Positions 11,985 through 25,639 of a stretch of 64,000 bases of DNA are shown piece after piece. Where the stretch lies: positions 26,538,001 to 26,602,000 of the forward strand of contig CM052818.1 in the NCBI GenBank assembly GCA_028534125.1. The letters are read 5' to 3'. A program made the translations under genes and the position numbers. This DNA is from Lama glama (Eukaryota). The notes beneath the pieces were generated by a model. The model was not told where the DNA came from, did not search any database, and saw only the letters and a program-made list of their open reading frames with translations. Numbering within the stretch: position 1 is the first letter of the stretch; each line of letters begins with the position of its first letter.

Positions 11985-14419
11985 CCCCCAGCAATACCAC
12001 ACTTGACATAGTGCTGAAAGTAAATGGAAGGAGGAGATGTGGTACCACCGTTCTTTTTAATAAACCCAAAACTGTTCCCCTTTCTTCAGACTGAGTGGTC
12101 CAATGTCGAAATGAACACACTTTTTACTTCAAGGCCTAGCAAAATAAATACGTGCAGTAAGTGATGCTCTGTTACTCGAGAAGAGTGGCATTGAATTAGT
12201 CACCAGTGAGACAGCCTGACTCTCTTACAGGAGTGGTGACAGATAAACTGCTAAATCCACAAGCACAATATGTTCCTCCTTTCTGCACCCTGGACTCCCT
12301 CGGAGGCTACTGGAAAAAGAATTTTACCAAAGGTAAATGGGCAAACAGGATTGCCCTAAGTGAAGGGCCTTTCAGAAACACGGGCCTGTTGTTACCTTCT
12401 CAGTGAAGGTTCATGATATATATTATTATGTAAGACCTGGCACTAGACCAGGAACTGGCCCAAGTAGACTTTGAAAAAATAATTCCACCTTGAAACACAT
12501 CAATCTTGCTGCATCGGCATGTTGACAGACAAGCGGAACTTCAGGGAGGCCTACTCACTGGTAGGCATAAGTCCCACCATGGCAGATAATGGGCAAACTG
12601 CCTTTATCTTGATCAAAATCCATCCATCCATGTCTGCCTGGCAGCCAGCGTGAAATAAGTTGAAGCAAACCACAAAAACTGTAGCCACAAAAAAGCTCAC
12701 ACTCACACACACCTTTCTCACTTACTAGTGTATAAACAGAAATTAAGTATGTGTGTGTGTTTATTTTAAAGTTCATGTTTGTTTTCCAGTTTCCATAGGA
12801 AATAAGTGAGCTAATATTATCTTCCAAAAGTAAATACCTTTATGCAAAACTCCCTAAAACTGATCCCAGGCCAACATACTTGCTGCAGCCTCCTCTTGCC
12901 CTCACGCCTCCAAATTCTCACACTGTGGTCTAAAGCACAGAGGATCATTAACACAGAGATATGGCCTTGCTTCCTCCCCCGGATCTTCTGAGAGCTGAAT
13001 CACAGTCATTTGTATCTCTCTTGCCAGATCCTATTGCTTGAAACAGGAGATAAAATCTGATGGGAAACCAGAAATATGAGGAGTCCTGGAGGTTTGACCC
13101 CATCAGTTCCTCTTGGCCATGGACACTATATGCAGCCAGTTAATCTCCTTAGTGGATCTTTTCTGGAATTATGTAAACCAGGGGGACTGGAGTTTGGTTT
13201 CGGTTGTATTCTTGTGGAACCCTGTGAGTTTTGTGTTGCTGTGCTTTTAGTAGTATTTGCCCATGCATTTTGTTTTGGGTTTCGTTTACTTGCCTCAGTA
13301 AAGGACAGTTACTAAGGTCCTTCTCACCAAACACACTCTTTCATCAACATCGACAGCAGCCTTTTAACATCATCTGCTTAATCTTAAAAGAACTAGGTAT
13401 TTCAAATGTTCATGTAATGTATTTTTTTTAATCACAAAAGGCTACATTTTCTGGGCACCATCCTTTTTCAAAAATGCTGTAAGCTCTTGGCATTTTGAGG
13501 GGACAGGTCCAGAGTCCTTCCCCAACCCCAAAATCTCAGACATAGGAATGTTTATTCAGGCCTCTGGCACTGGGTCAAGAGTCCTGAACTTCCTCTCTAT
13601 GTCATCATTCTAACCACATTTTGACCTGTATAAATGCATATAAATGGAGAAAACATAACCAACTACAGACTGATACTCAGAAAAAATTAAATTATTGAAG
13701 ATAAGTAAGAAGGGAGACCTGAAAGGAATCCAAGCTTTCTGCTCTTAATCGGAATTAAGCTCATTTATATTAAAGATCAGTTGTTGAAATCATTAGGCTG
13801 ACTACAGAAAAATTATTAAGACTTTTTATTATTACAAAGTGCATATTCTTTTGTTGCTCAGTATATTCACTGGGTGAGTTCTAGCCTTACTATAAATCTT
13901 AAAGCCTTTATATGTCATTAGAATATAAATGTCAAAACACTGTACATATCATCCAAAAGACACACTTGCAAAGACTGTTAAACTAGCCAAAATAAGTATT
14001 CAGGAAAGTATTCAAAAGATCCCATTGATGATACAGAAAATTTGTACTCAACCAAAATGTCCAAAAAAGGCAAAACATTTAAAGCAATCATTGTTCATCC
14101 AGTTAATGAACTGTAAGGCAAACATTAAAATTATGAGTGTGTGATCACTGCATTGTAGATGCCATCGGCCCAAAGAGTCCTGGGTTTTTAGGAAGAATTC
14201 TTCCACTGACTCAGCTTAAGACCTCATTCCAGAAATAATCACCCTAGACAGCTAAGCGCTCCCTACTTGCAGGCACTGATTCTATTTTCATTTATTCTGC
14301 AAGTTTCAGCATATTGGTACTGGAATGCTAACCTCATGACTGAGTTTAGTCAAAAAAATAATATTATTGATAATAACAGCCACCATCTTCAGTGATTTAC
14401 TTCAGTGATTCCAACCCTT

Positions 14420-14580
14420 GGCTTGGAACCCCAACTTTGCCACTGGGGGTGTGACTTCGGGAAAGACAATTAACCTGTCTATTCTTTAGTTTCCTTATTT
14501 GTTAACAGAGATAACAGTTCTCTTGGATAAAGTAAGATAACACTTGTAAAGTGCCTGGCATGTAGATAAGGCTCTCTAGA
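14420..14580 (+). mobile_element. MIR SINE
   Basis: GTGTGACTTCGGGAAAGACAATTAACCT...AGTTTCCTTATTTGTTAA...GTAAAGTGCCTGGCATGTAG. Confidence 0.65.
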
Positions 14581-14869
14581 CAGGTATTTCTGTTTTTCTC
14601 CTTACTTCAGCATAAAGCCATTGTGTGTGCCTACCATTCAACTACTCACAAACATACAAACTCAAGTGTAATTTACACACATGAGAAACATGCTGTTTAC
14701 CTCCCTTAGATATTTATAATTCATGGTAGAAACTGTGTGGTCTCCTTTTCCAAGGTGAAATTTCAACTAAGACTTGTATGCTCTACCCCTCCTCAAACCT
14801 GAGCCCTAAGGCTATGATGAATATGTCATGTCATCACAAAAAAGAGAAAGGAATATTCATCAAAAGCCA

Positions 14870-15035
14870 ATTATGCTCTAGGCACTACTTGATGCCATGT
14901 GTAAACTTTAACATATTGCTGTCCCCATTTTAAAGATGAAGAAACAGAGGCTCAAAATGGTTGAGTAACTTTTCCTAGATCCTAATAAAGAAAATGACAG
15001 AATCAGGAGCCATATTTGTGTCTGTTCAACTCCAA
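14870..15035 (-). mobile_element. MIR SINE
   Basis: CCCCATTTTAAAGATGAAGAAACAGAGGCTCAAAATGGTTGAGTAACTT. Confidence 0.7.
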
Positions 15036-15699
15036 AAACTTTCATTTATGTTCAGCTACCAAGTTTTAGTTTCTTACCGCAATATTATGAACTATTGTTA
15101 CAAGAAAATCGCTGTTTACTATCTGTCATGGCTAGGCTTTAAACCAAGCCTACGGATATAAAACTTATGACCTCTACAGCTTAAGTAAAAGCCCACTTGA
15201 ATTAAAGCAAAACAATGGAAAATGCCTTTATAAAAATATCTGGAAAAAAATCTTCAGAATGTGAGCTATCAACTGACATTGTTCAGTGGAATGTCCTTGC
15301 TCAGAGATGGGTGGACATCTGAGGGTGTCAGAATGGTCAGTTACGCCAAAGCGGAGTATGTGAGTCTAAAGCTATGTGTTCTATCTTCCTGGTCACCAAG
15401 CCATAAGTTCAAATCTGCCATAATTACCCTATTCTTGTAAACCTTCAGCCCAACAAGATTATAGATTCTGACTAGGCCTAATTTTAAATAGAAAAACAAG
15501 GTTGTTTCATTCTTTAAGTATGTAAGTCATGCAGGCAAAGAAAACTGTGGCTGGCAGTGCCTTTGCTAGTTCTACAATGCTCTGACAATGCACACTTCTG
15601 CAAGGAGCCACTACCCAAGGCTGGGCCCCTGAGGGGGTGGCCCTCCCCCTATTACACCATCGCCAGCCCCTGCTGCAAGCCAAAGGCTAGCTCTTAACC

Positions 15700-15770
15700 A
15701 AGCACCAGGCGCAGCATCTGGTGCATAGTGGATGTTCAGTGAATATTTGTTCAATGAATAAATGAATGCA
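15700..15770 (+). mobile_element. L2 3' end
   Basis: GCATAGTGGATGTTCAGTGAATATTTGTTCAATGAATAAATGAATG. Confidence 0.7.
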
Positions 15771-16865
15771 ACTCTGTCTGCCCAAGCCAGCAAAGGAACC
15801 TAAAATCATTCCTCCCTGATTCCTCATACTAAGGTTGGCCTTTCTACCTGTACCTACTGGCTACCAACTGAAATTTCCCAACTCACAGGCCAAATGCAAT
15901 CTCAGGTTTTCATCTGTAAAGTCACAGTACCTGTCTAACCCCCAGGTCTTGAGAGGATCAAAATGGATAAGGCTGTCAGAAGCCTGGGAATCACAGTGTA
16001 TGCCTCACACCTTCCAAAATGGGGCAGAAGGAATGTGTCCAATTTTCATCTTTGGCAACATGTTAAGATCATTTGAGAAGCTTTCAAAAGATACAAACCC
16101 TAAGTCCTACTCCAGTGAAGTCAGAATCTTTGAGGATGGGCCATGAGCATTAACATTATGTAAATGTCTCCCCTGGCAATTGGAAGGTACAGCCAAGATT
16201 GAAGATCATGAGACCAGGGAAGGCCAAGAAGGGGAACATTAGCCCCAGACAAGCAGGAAGAAGCATCCTGCTCTCCTAGAAGGGGAGGGTAAGAGGACCG
16301 GAAACATCACCTGGAGCAGCAGCTACTGCTGTTGTCAAAATGCCCTTTCCCAGCCCTGTAATCCTCACTGTTGCCCTTAGCCCACCTGCACCACCCCCTC
16401 CTGCTCCTCCAAGTGGTCCTGGAGTGGGCTGTGGTCTCATCTTGGACTGGACAATGGGAACCCACTCAGACATCCTCCTCTTTTAAAACAGGACTAGCCC
16501 GCAGGTCTTAATCTCTACCCACTGTCCCAGTTGTAGTCCTCACAAGCCCTGTTCTAACTCTATCTCCACTCCCACCCCCTCCTTAAAACTAGAGGTTCCT
16601 AGTGACAAGCCCCAAATGAGTATGAATGGATGTGCATAAGCCCAGGATACTGTGGAAAGGACCACATCTCAGTAAGTCCCGAAGGCAGACTGGAGGAGGG
16701 AACATAAACAGAGACCCTAAATGTCAGAGCTCTTTATATCCTCTGTATTATGAGTCACTAATTCATCATGATGGAAAAAAATGCCTCTAGTGTGGTGTGG
16801 AAAATATACATGTACATATATACACACACACTTTGGAGGCAGAAGCCCTAGGTTCACAGCCCAAC

Positions 16866-17214
16866 TGTTTATAAATTAGATATGTCTCCCCAGATTCATA
16901 TGATGAAGCCCTAAACCCCAGTGTGGCCATATTTGGAGATGAGTCCCCTAAGGGAGTAATTAAGATTAAATGAGTTCATAAGAGTGGGGCCCCTGGTCCA
17001 ACAGGATTAGTGTCCTTATAAGAAGCGACACCAGAGAGCCCAGTCCCTCTCTGTGCCTTGTGGGGACCCAAAAAGCCTGCAAGCCAGGAAGAGGGTTTTC
17101 GTCAGTAACCAACCCTATTAGACTTTAATCTGGGACTTCTGGCTTCCAAAACTGTGAGAAAATAAATGACTGTTGTTTAAGCCATCCAGTCAGTGGTATT
17201 TTGTTATTAATACA
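16866..17214 (+). mobile_element. MLT1A-like MaLR solo LTR splitting a MIR
   Basis: TG...CA ends; GGATTAGTGTCCTTATAAGAAG and AACTGTGAGAAAATAAAT motifs; 5-bp TSD CCAAC (16861-16865) / CCAGC (17215-17219); MIR halves at ~16790-16865 and ~17220-17370. Confidence 0.85.
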
Positions 17215-17399
17215 CCAGCCTTAGACAAGTCACAACATCTCCAAGCCTCAGTTTCCTCATCAATAAAAGAGAGATAAATCCTACTTCTTCATAAACATTG
17301 AATGAGGTAATGCATATTTTTGACCTCTGCAAACAGTAGAGTATTAAATAGGCATTAATCATTCATTAATATCCGCCTCTGTGCTCTCATACTTTAATC

Positions 17400-17790
17400 C
17401 TTGCTCTAGCCGAACATTTACTACACTGTATTAGACTGAATTGTTTTTTCCTGTCTCCCTTGTTAGAAGGTAAAATCCATTTGGCCAGGAGCCAAATCTC
17501 ACTCATCCTAGTATCCCCAGTGCCAAGGCACACAGTCACTGCTCAAGAAATGATTATGGAATGATCCCCAGGTGGCCTTGGATACCCTTTCTCTGTATCC
17601 CATAACTCCTCCACACATACTTGCATCACTTAGCATCAGGTATTGAAGTTATAAATTTTTGTGTTTTTCTTCCCTACTGGAGTATGAGCTTCCAGATGGT
17701 AGAGATCTCATATTATCATTACTATATCCCTAATGACTAGTTCAATATCTAGCCTGGTACCTAGTAGGAACTCAGTAAAAGTTGATGAAA
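17400..17790 (+). mobile_element. Two L2 3' fragments
   Basis: GTATCCCCAGTGCCAAGGCACACAG and CCTGGTACCTAGTAGGAACTCAGTAAAAGTTGATGAA. Confidence 0.55.
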
Positions 17791-18259
17791 AGAAAGGAAA
17801 TAACACATTTCTTAAGGAATTTGCATCCTTCAGTTTCAGTGCTCACAGCTGCCCTGTATTCAGTCCACCATCTTCAGTGGAATCAACTAAATGCCCTTCA
17901 TCCCACTCAGTCTTTTTTCAAAGAACTCCTAAAAGGTCCCTGCTTGTGTAGCTCTTTTATCCTATTATAACCAGCAAAGGATCAAAGTGCACTGTTTTAT
18001 TGTACAAATCAATATAATCCCCCAGAGAACCAAGACCAGTCATTTTCACCATCAGCAGTTGCTATGCAACCACCCTCCAGAGTTCAGGTTGAAAGATCCA
18101 GGGCTAAGGTAGTGATTTTTCCTACCTGGAAGGGACCAGAATTTCTAAAGAAAACGCACTGTTATGCAGAGTCACTCAGCCTTCTTACAAAAGGGAATTC
18201 AACCACATCAGAAAAGTATTCCAGGTTTCCTAAACTATGCATGTATAGCCTTTTTATGA

Positions 18260-18365
18260 AGAGATGTGTATATTTAGCTACTGGATCCCAAACACACACT
18301 GTATATAAATACACACTATATATAAATTTATAATATATATATATTTCTTTATATATATATGTATA
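18260..18365. repeat. TA-rich low-complexity tract
   Basis: (TA)n runs seen directly. Confidence 0.8.
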
Positions 18366-18419
18366 AAGAAAGAGAGTAAATATCATTTTTTATTGCCAAA
18401 GTAGTTCCAGAAGGGTCAA

Positions 18420-19030
18420 ATTATCCCATTTCTTTTTACAGAAGTAAACATTTTAAATGAATTTCTATTTTCTCATGACAAAAAGAAAAATCAGAAAATA
18501 GAGACACATTTAAAGAGAAAATAAAGAAGCCATATCAACAGCCTAGATGAAACCACTGTTAATATTTGCTATGTAACCTTCTAGATGTTTATACATGAGA
18601 ACATTAAAACATATATATTTATACGTTATTATTGTGTTATATATAATGTTCTTATGTATGTATAAACATCTGGAATATATATATATTATATATTTAGTTA
18701 GAATATATATTTTCTTACTAAAATAGGAACATATTCTATGCATAGTTTGGATACCTCTTTTCTTTAAACTTTATACGATTCTATGGATGTCTTTTCAAGT
18801 TAGCATATAGTTACAGCATTATTTTTAATGCTGCATAGTATGTCATAGTTTAAATTTATCAACATCCATTTAATTATTTTCCTCTTCTGTCCATTTTTCA
18901 CTGTTATAAATAATGCTGTAAAAAACATCCTCATGCACACATCTTTGAAAACTCGCTTGATTGTTTCAGTAAGATTAATTCATGGATTGGATCAGAGATT
19001 AAACATTTATTTTAAGGCCTTTAGAACATT
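18420..19030 (-). mobile_element. Old L1ME-type 3'UTR fragment
   Basis: ATTTTTAATGCTGCATAGTA...CACTGTTATAAATAATGCTGTAAAAAACATCC. Confidence 0.6.
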
Positions 19031-19499
19031 TACAAGTAAATTGCCTAATCCTAGGCATTTATCCCCCAAACCAGGATTTTAGGTCAATACAAATTTAATC
19101 AAGTCTTTGAGGAATTTAAAATATTTTAAAAATAATAATTCAAAGTGTTCAAGGACATGGTATGATAAAGATAATTTTATTTCTCCTCTCATTTGACTAT
19201 ATAACAATCCACTCTATGTCCTGCTGCCCTTTGCTGAACAAACCAAGCTGTCTTTGCTCACTAAGCTGGTGCGTCCTGCCTTCACTCCCTAGAGTTCCTC
19301 CTCTTGATAGTACCTGTTCTTGTTACCAGCTGTATTTTAGGGTTGTCTGTGCTGAGCCTGAGGAATAGCTTCTGATACCCTATGTAAGATCTAGAACAGG
19401 TTCATGATTCATGTGTTTATAAAAGTTTGATGTCCTAAAAACATTTAATTTGGAGTATATTGACAATTGTCTTCCAAAAGACATGCTGACTTCTATTCA

Positions 19500-19940
19500 A
19501 ACTGCTTTCCTTTTTGTTGAGAACAGTTAGAGACTAATTTCTCCACTTTCAACTTTGCCTTGTTTTTCAAAGTCAACACACACCCATTTGCCAGAATAAT
19601 CTTCCTGAGTATGCAACTCTGATCATTTCGGATCCTGTTCAAAAACATTAAGGTCTCCCACACCAATAAAATCCAAGTTCCTAAGAATAACATTCAAAGT
19701 CCCTCCAGTCTCACCCCATACCAGTCTTACTCCTGTACCAGGTTATTTGCCGTCTGTGAACACAACCTGTTTCTATCCTGAACATTTGCCCACACTACTC
19801 CTATTGCCCTATGTTTTCCACTTTCAAGTACACTTTTAACTTGCCCCCAAATCTGTCCATTCTTCAAAGTTTCTTTCTTATGTCACTTCCTTTAAGAAAT
19901 CATCCCCATTTCCTCCAGTCAAAACAGAATCTCTCCAAGG
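19500..19940 (+). mobile_element. Degraded L2 fragment
   Basis: GCCAGAATAATCTTCCTGAGTATGCAACTCTGATCAT...AATAAAATCCAAGTTCCT. Confidence 0.5.
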
Positions 19941-20295
19941 AACCAGAATCAAGAAATACCTGAAGTATCTAGGACTAGGTAGCAACAATCCAGATCTACA
20001 CTTGCTAATATATAAAATTTTGCTGTCTGGAAACAATACACAGTATTCCGTTGCATTAAAGACATTCTCAAATAGCACAAACTAAAAATGTCAAATGAAA
20101 CCAAACTGAGTCAGAGAGAGGATATTGAGATTACAAGATTAATTCTCACCCCCTTCCCTCTGTCTCCTAATAACACTCAGCAGCACCTGGCTTCAAAGGT
20201 AGGGACAGAGCTTTAATAATTCCCAGTTGGTGCCAGAGCCCTCACTTCCATGCTCTTCCCAGGTCCCCTCCTTGTTCCTTCTCCTCACTCAATCC

Positions 20296-20779
20296 TGACA
20301 AACTGAATATACAAATGATGGCCAGACTATATATAAAATCAGAACTATGACCCACAAACCCACACAGGAAGCCAACCTACTATCTGTAGTAACTAGTTCA
20401 GAAGCTAAAAAATAACCCTTGTAGCCATCAATCCAAAATGGCCAAGACTTAATTAATAACTGATAGTTTCACTAATTTTTGCTTCCATTTCTAACTTGAG
20501 ACCAACCAGAGGAAGCCAAATGTGGCCCCCTAACTAATCACATAGGATGTCCCACTTTTAGTTAGCCCACCTAAACTTCCCTGTGCCAACAGTCTCCAAT
20601 TGTGGCTTACCTACAACACTCCTTTTTTTCCACTATAAAGTTTCTCCACTCCTCCACCTGTTTCTTTGAGTCTCTGTCAAAGACAAATGATGGTGACTGA
20701 CTCCCTTGTGATAGAAAGCAAGCTCTGAACAAATAGCCTTTGCCTGTTCTCATTCAAATAGCCTTCATTTATTTCCTCA
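20296..20779 (+). mobile_element. ERV1-class solo LTR (MER90/MER110-like)
   Basis: TG...CA ends; TATA-like CACTATAAAG (~20631-20640); GACCAACCAGAGGAAGCCAAAT motif; near-TSD ATCC / ATCT. Confidence 0.75.
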
Positions 20780-20929
20780 ATCTCAGCTTAAGCCATGGTT
20801 CTTAGAAGTGACTCAAAAAAGTTTTCTAATAAATACCCTTCATGATCTGGATTCAACTTGTAGCAGGTAGATTATTGTAACCAAATGTTAAGAGTCTTTT
20901 TTCATTTGAGATGTCAAGGCTCTGAGGCT

Positions 20930-21170
20930 AGTGTGGCAACCCAGAGAGTTCTAGATCGTAAGAGTCTAAACCCCTGGCTGGGAACCCAGAGTCCCCTCCT
21001 GGCTCTGCCATTAACTTGCTTTATGATTTCAGGCTTGTCTTTATGTTCCAATTCTTCCTCTTTAAAATGGGGATAAATGTTACATTCATTCACAGGCTTG
21101 GCATACAAATAAGACAAAATACAATATACAATTGTACTTCGAAATGGTGACTAATTATGAAATGTAAGAT
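20930..21170 (+). mobile_element. MIR SINE
   Basis: GGCTCTGCCATTAACTTGC...TTCCTCTTTAAAATGGGGATAA. Confidence 0.6.
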
Positions 21171-23029
21171 GTTATCACGGACACATGCAGCCCCTCTTTC
21201 AACACCCCTGGTGTCTCAGACATGGGAGAGATCAAATAGGGATAAAGAAGGAAGAAAACAAAATGGCTCAGGGCACATTAGTTGGACCGAGTAAGGAAGC
21301 ACAAGCTGGCCAGCGGCTGGAGCTGGTTCCCAGTCATGTTATTCTATGCCTTTCAACTCCCACACACACCCCGTCCTCTGCCAAAATACATAAACCTCTT
21401 CGAATTACACTCCTTCCCTTACAGGAGCAGTTGACTACAGTTGGATGTGATTTTCCTTTGTTTGTTTTAATTTATGGATGACCAGGAATGCTGCTCTGCC
21501 TCCTTTTTTTTAAACACCCACCACTCCTCCATCAGAGGACCTCTTCTGGGGTCTTAGTTTTCTGGTAAATTTTTTTGATAAGAATAGTTGTGGTTACATC
21601 TGAATTGTACGCCTGAAATATGTGTAGTTTACTGTACAGGAATCATACCATAACAAAGGTGTTAAAAAAAAATGGTTGTGGTTAGAGGCAGCTCCAAGCA
21701 TAGCCCCAGAGCCTAAGCCTCATTAAGGACTTACCTCAACTCAGCCTAAGGCAGTAAGTCACTGGCTCCAGGAAGAGTAGGTTGGGCAAGAGGGCGGCTG
21801 GAGAACCCTTCAGCCAGCTTCAGGAAGGAAGGATGCCTGGGTCTCATTCCAGGATGACAGCCCTTAATAAAGGAGAAGAGTTTGAGGAATATAAGAGGGA
21901 AGAAAACAAGACCTATAAACACACTTTTCATCTCAGCAAGCACCTGTTATTTTGGAAAATTTTGCAGGCATGTAAGGGAGGGAGAGCCAGCGTGACTCAA
22001 AGATTGCTCAGCAAAGCATCTCAGCTTAGAGTTTCTCACTTAAAACCCCCAAGAATGATTTCTTCACATTCCACGTAGAAGGTAGTTTTGGACTGGAGTA
22101 CCCTCTAAAAAGGCAAATTACGAGCTAACATCTCAATCCTAAGTAGAACAATGAAACTACTTTTGTTTTTTCCTGATTTCAGTATCACTAGAGAATTGTA
22201 CTTCTAAGACTAGCATTTTCCAAAGTTGTTAGTATGTATACACACAGCCTCAAAAGAGAGCGAGTGTATGAGTTTAAGAAAAGTTGACTAGTTGTCTCTC
22301 TTGGAGTGCCCCAGTACATATTAGCTTGCTAAATGCTCTGGGAAGTCCTGCACCAAAGAAATACAGCATTTCTCCAGTTTGCTTGATCCCAGAATCCTTT
22401 TTTGTTGTTATTGTTATTATGTGTGATTCCTGTTAATATTCTGCAGAAAACATTGCCCTCAAAAAAGAGAAGCCTGAATTTGGTCGTTTAGATTCTGTTT
22501 GGTTTAAAAAAAAAAAAAGGCAAATTTGCCTCCAAAGTAAATCTTCTCAATGTATGGTTCCTCGCTAGAGTAATGCTGACATTTGCATGAACCCCAGCCT
22601 CTGGATCAGGAACAAGAGGTGGTTATTCTCAACTCTTACCCTTGCCCGAACTCCCACCTTCCACCACCTCTCTGCTCGCTTCTACCACATATCTCCAGCG
22701 AAGGAGAGCTGATAGTTTTGTAGAGTCCACGTGGCAGACAGCAAAACAATTAAAATGGATATCAGCCAAAGAAATCTGTGAAGCAGATGATAATGTCAAA
22801 TATACATTCAGAGCATTTTTATGTGGTTCTTAAATGGAAAGAAAGATTTCTCTTCTTTCGATCCTTCTGTTCATAATTTTTAACAAATGGGCTTCTTGGA
22901 ATAAGCAAATTTAGAGATGGAAGGGAAAGATTTGTATATGGAACTTGAGTTTTAATTGAGGAGAGCATCCCCAAGAAAAAAATACTAGGATATTTGCAAG
23001 ACCCAGCTGAGGAACAATCTTAAGTTTAC

Positions 23030-23290
23030 CACGGAGAATTGTTCACAATGTATTGTTAAATGAAAAGGCAAATTACAAAACTGCATATACAGAGTGATTC
23101 ATTTTTGTAAATTCAGCAGACTCAATGTTTGTTGAAAGAATAAATATGCATTAAAAGTAGTCTATAAGAGTTTATACCAAATTGACAGATCCAAGTGGAA
23201 ATTTTTCTTACTTCCTCCTTTTTTTGACTTATCTGTTTGTTCTAACTTTTCTCAAATAAAAACATTTTTAACAATAAAATAATATTTTAG
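23030..23290 (+). mobile_element. Old L1ME-type 3' end
   Basis: ATTGTTAAATGAAAAGGCAAATTACAAAACTGCATATACAG. Confidence 0.5.
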
Positions 23291-24609
23291 AACTGCTCTA
23301 ATCTATGACTAGTGTTATCTGTGGAAAAATATCTAAGGATGAAGGAAGCAGTTTCCCTCATGGGCGCATACCTACTTCCTAGCTGGAAGTCCAATTTTGT
23401 TTTGGAATTACTTTTCCAAATCAGTCCAAAGAATTTCCAAGGCTGTAACTCAAATGTCTACCAGTCGGTGGTCCCTGGACTGATTTCCACAGGAGCCACA
23501 AAGAAAGGGGTGGGGTGTCACATGTGTGACCATGGTCCCAGCCTGCCCTCTTCTGTCCTGCCCTGTTAGACACTATAGCTCCATCACCCACAGGCCACCA
23601 CCCATTCAAGGCCAATTGGTTTCTTCTAAACCACCAAGCTCGACTATTCTCCTTCTCAAGACATTTGGAAAACATCTGCTTCTCATAAGAACTCCTGCAG
23701 AAGGGATTCCCACGCAGAGCCGTTGAGTCCCTCTGGTTCTCTCTTTTGTATCACAGCCCCATTCTCATAGGGTGGGCAGGAACTTCAGGGTTGGAAAGGC
23801 AGCCTGGTGGTGATGCAGGTGTATTTGGGGACGAAAGGCCATGTCTGGGCTGATAAGCACATCACCTCTGAACTTTAATATTTAGGCCGTGCTGCTCAGC
23901 TTGGCCCAAACTGCCAAAATTCTTCCACCCACAGAGTGATTTATTTTTTTTAAACAGAGGTCTCTCTCTTCATTCTGGCTTCCTGTAGACCACCTAAGTA
24001 CCTCAGAAAGTTCAGTACATATTGAAACTCCAAAAATGGACAGTTCACATGTTTTTCCCAACCAGACTTTTGGGGTCCAAACAACTGAAAAAAAAAAAAA
24101 AAGGTTAAATCTCATTCCCTGAATAGTCCATGATAGTTGAAACATTAAGAAGTGTCCCTCAGGTTTTGAAAACCATTAGAAAACTGATCAGCCCCAAACA
24201 CAAAGATACTCATGAAGAGTAGTATTACTAATTCCATAGATCAGCCTGACCCAGTCTTACCTCTGACATGGCCAGAGGCCTGTCATACAGGTGACCGTGC
24301 AAAGTGAACGATTTACACTCAAAATTTCCACTCAGGGCTGGAAGGAGTTTTAGTAATCTCCTCTAACCTCTCCATATTACAGATGAGGAAATAGGCTCAT
24401 GGTCACTCCAGCCAGATGGTGGTAAAACAGACTGGATTCTAAGCCCCCCAGCTTCTGATTCAGTGAAACAGAACACCAAACCCTAATGTTGAAAAATAAC
24501 ATGGTAATAGTGAAATATATATAATTAGAAACAGTTAATCAGCTCAGATCCAAGCTCTATACTTGTTCATATTTTTGTTTTTCTTTGACAAATATCATTC
24601 TCTTTAGCC

Positions 24610-24755
24610 CTTAATGTTATCCTCTTTTCACAGATAAATAAATTGAGGCTCAGAGAAGCAACTTTCCCAGAATCACACAGTTTGGACATAGTGGAGCCAG
24701 AATTCCAGCTCAAGCCAGTCTGACCCCAAAGCCCATGTTTTTTTACTACACTAAA
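24610..24755 (-). mobile_element. MIR SINE
   Basis: TTTTCACAGATAAATAAATTGAGGCTCAGAGAAG...GGAGCCAGAATTCCAGCTCAAGCCAGTCTGACCCCAAAGCCCATG. Confidence 0.75.
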
Positions 24756-25639
24756 CCAGGGAAGGCAAAGCAAATGAAAGCACCTATATTTAAACATAAA
24801 GTGGTGATTTATCAAATGGATTTGCAAAGAAAATAAACCTCCATAAGTGTGTTGAGTGGCCCTGAATCCTCACATTAAAAACCAGTTCCAAATAAATCAA
24901 TGACCTGTCTCAGCGGACTTCTCAAAACTACTATGATCTCTTCATTGATCACATGGAGGAGAGCTACCATGAGGAATAATAATATTATTATTCTATTCAA
25001 GTAACTCTAGGAAAAACAGAGAAATACCTATGTTGCATGGGGCATTGCAAACATCAAGTAACAACTCATAAAGAAAAAGAAAATCTTTTTTTAATCAACA
25101 CGTAAATAACTTTTGATTCCTAAAAACAACTAGAATGATGTTAGAAAGCACGAATTAATTACCATTTTATAAAATTTAGACCAAAGAAAGATTATTGTAT
25201 TTTGGCAAAATGCTCTGGTGCACACATACCTTTCAAACTGCCAGATGTGGGCTTTAAAAAGAAAAAATGGAGAAAAGCTTAACACTTCCCAATACTTGTT
25301 GGCTGGAAAACTCATGAACAGATTATATGTGTGTATAGTGACTTGTGTCACCCCATACGCAGTGTGTAAAGATTTTGTTGCCACTAAATGAGTTGATTGA
25401 GAAAAATATGATTTCTTTGGGTGAGTGCATGTCATTGTTGCTCTGGATGAAAACAAAACAACCCCTCCCCACAAAGCAACAAAAGAGCAAACATCCTTTC
25501 TGTTGCAGAAAGCAAGAGAATCTTCTGTCTAGGGTTTCTCTCTAGTCCAGCCCATGCATTCAGTGAAATATGCAGCTCAGAGAGAGAGAGACACCTTCCA
25601 TATTCTCCTTGCTACCACATTTTTTCCTTTCCTCTTCTT

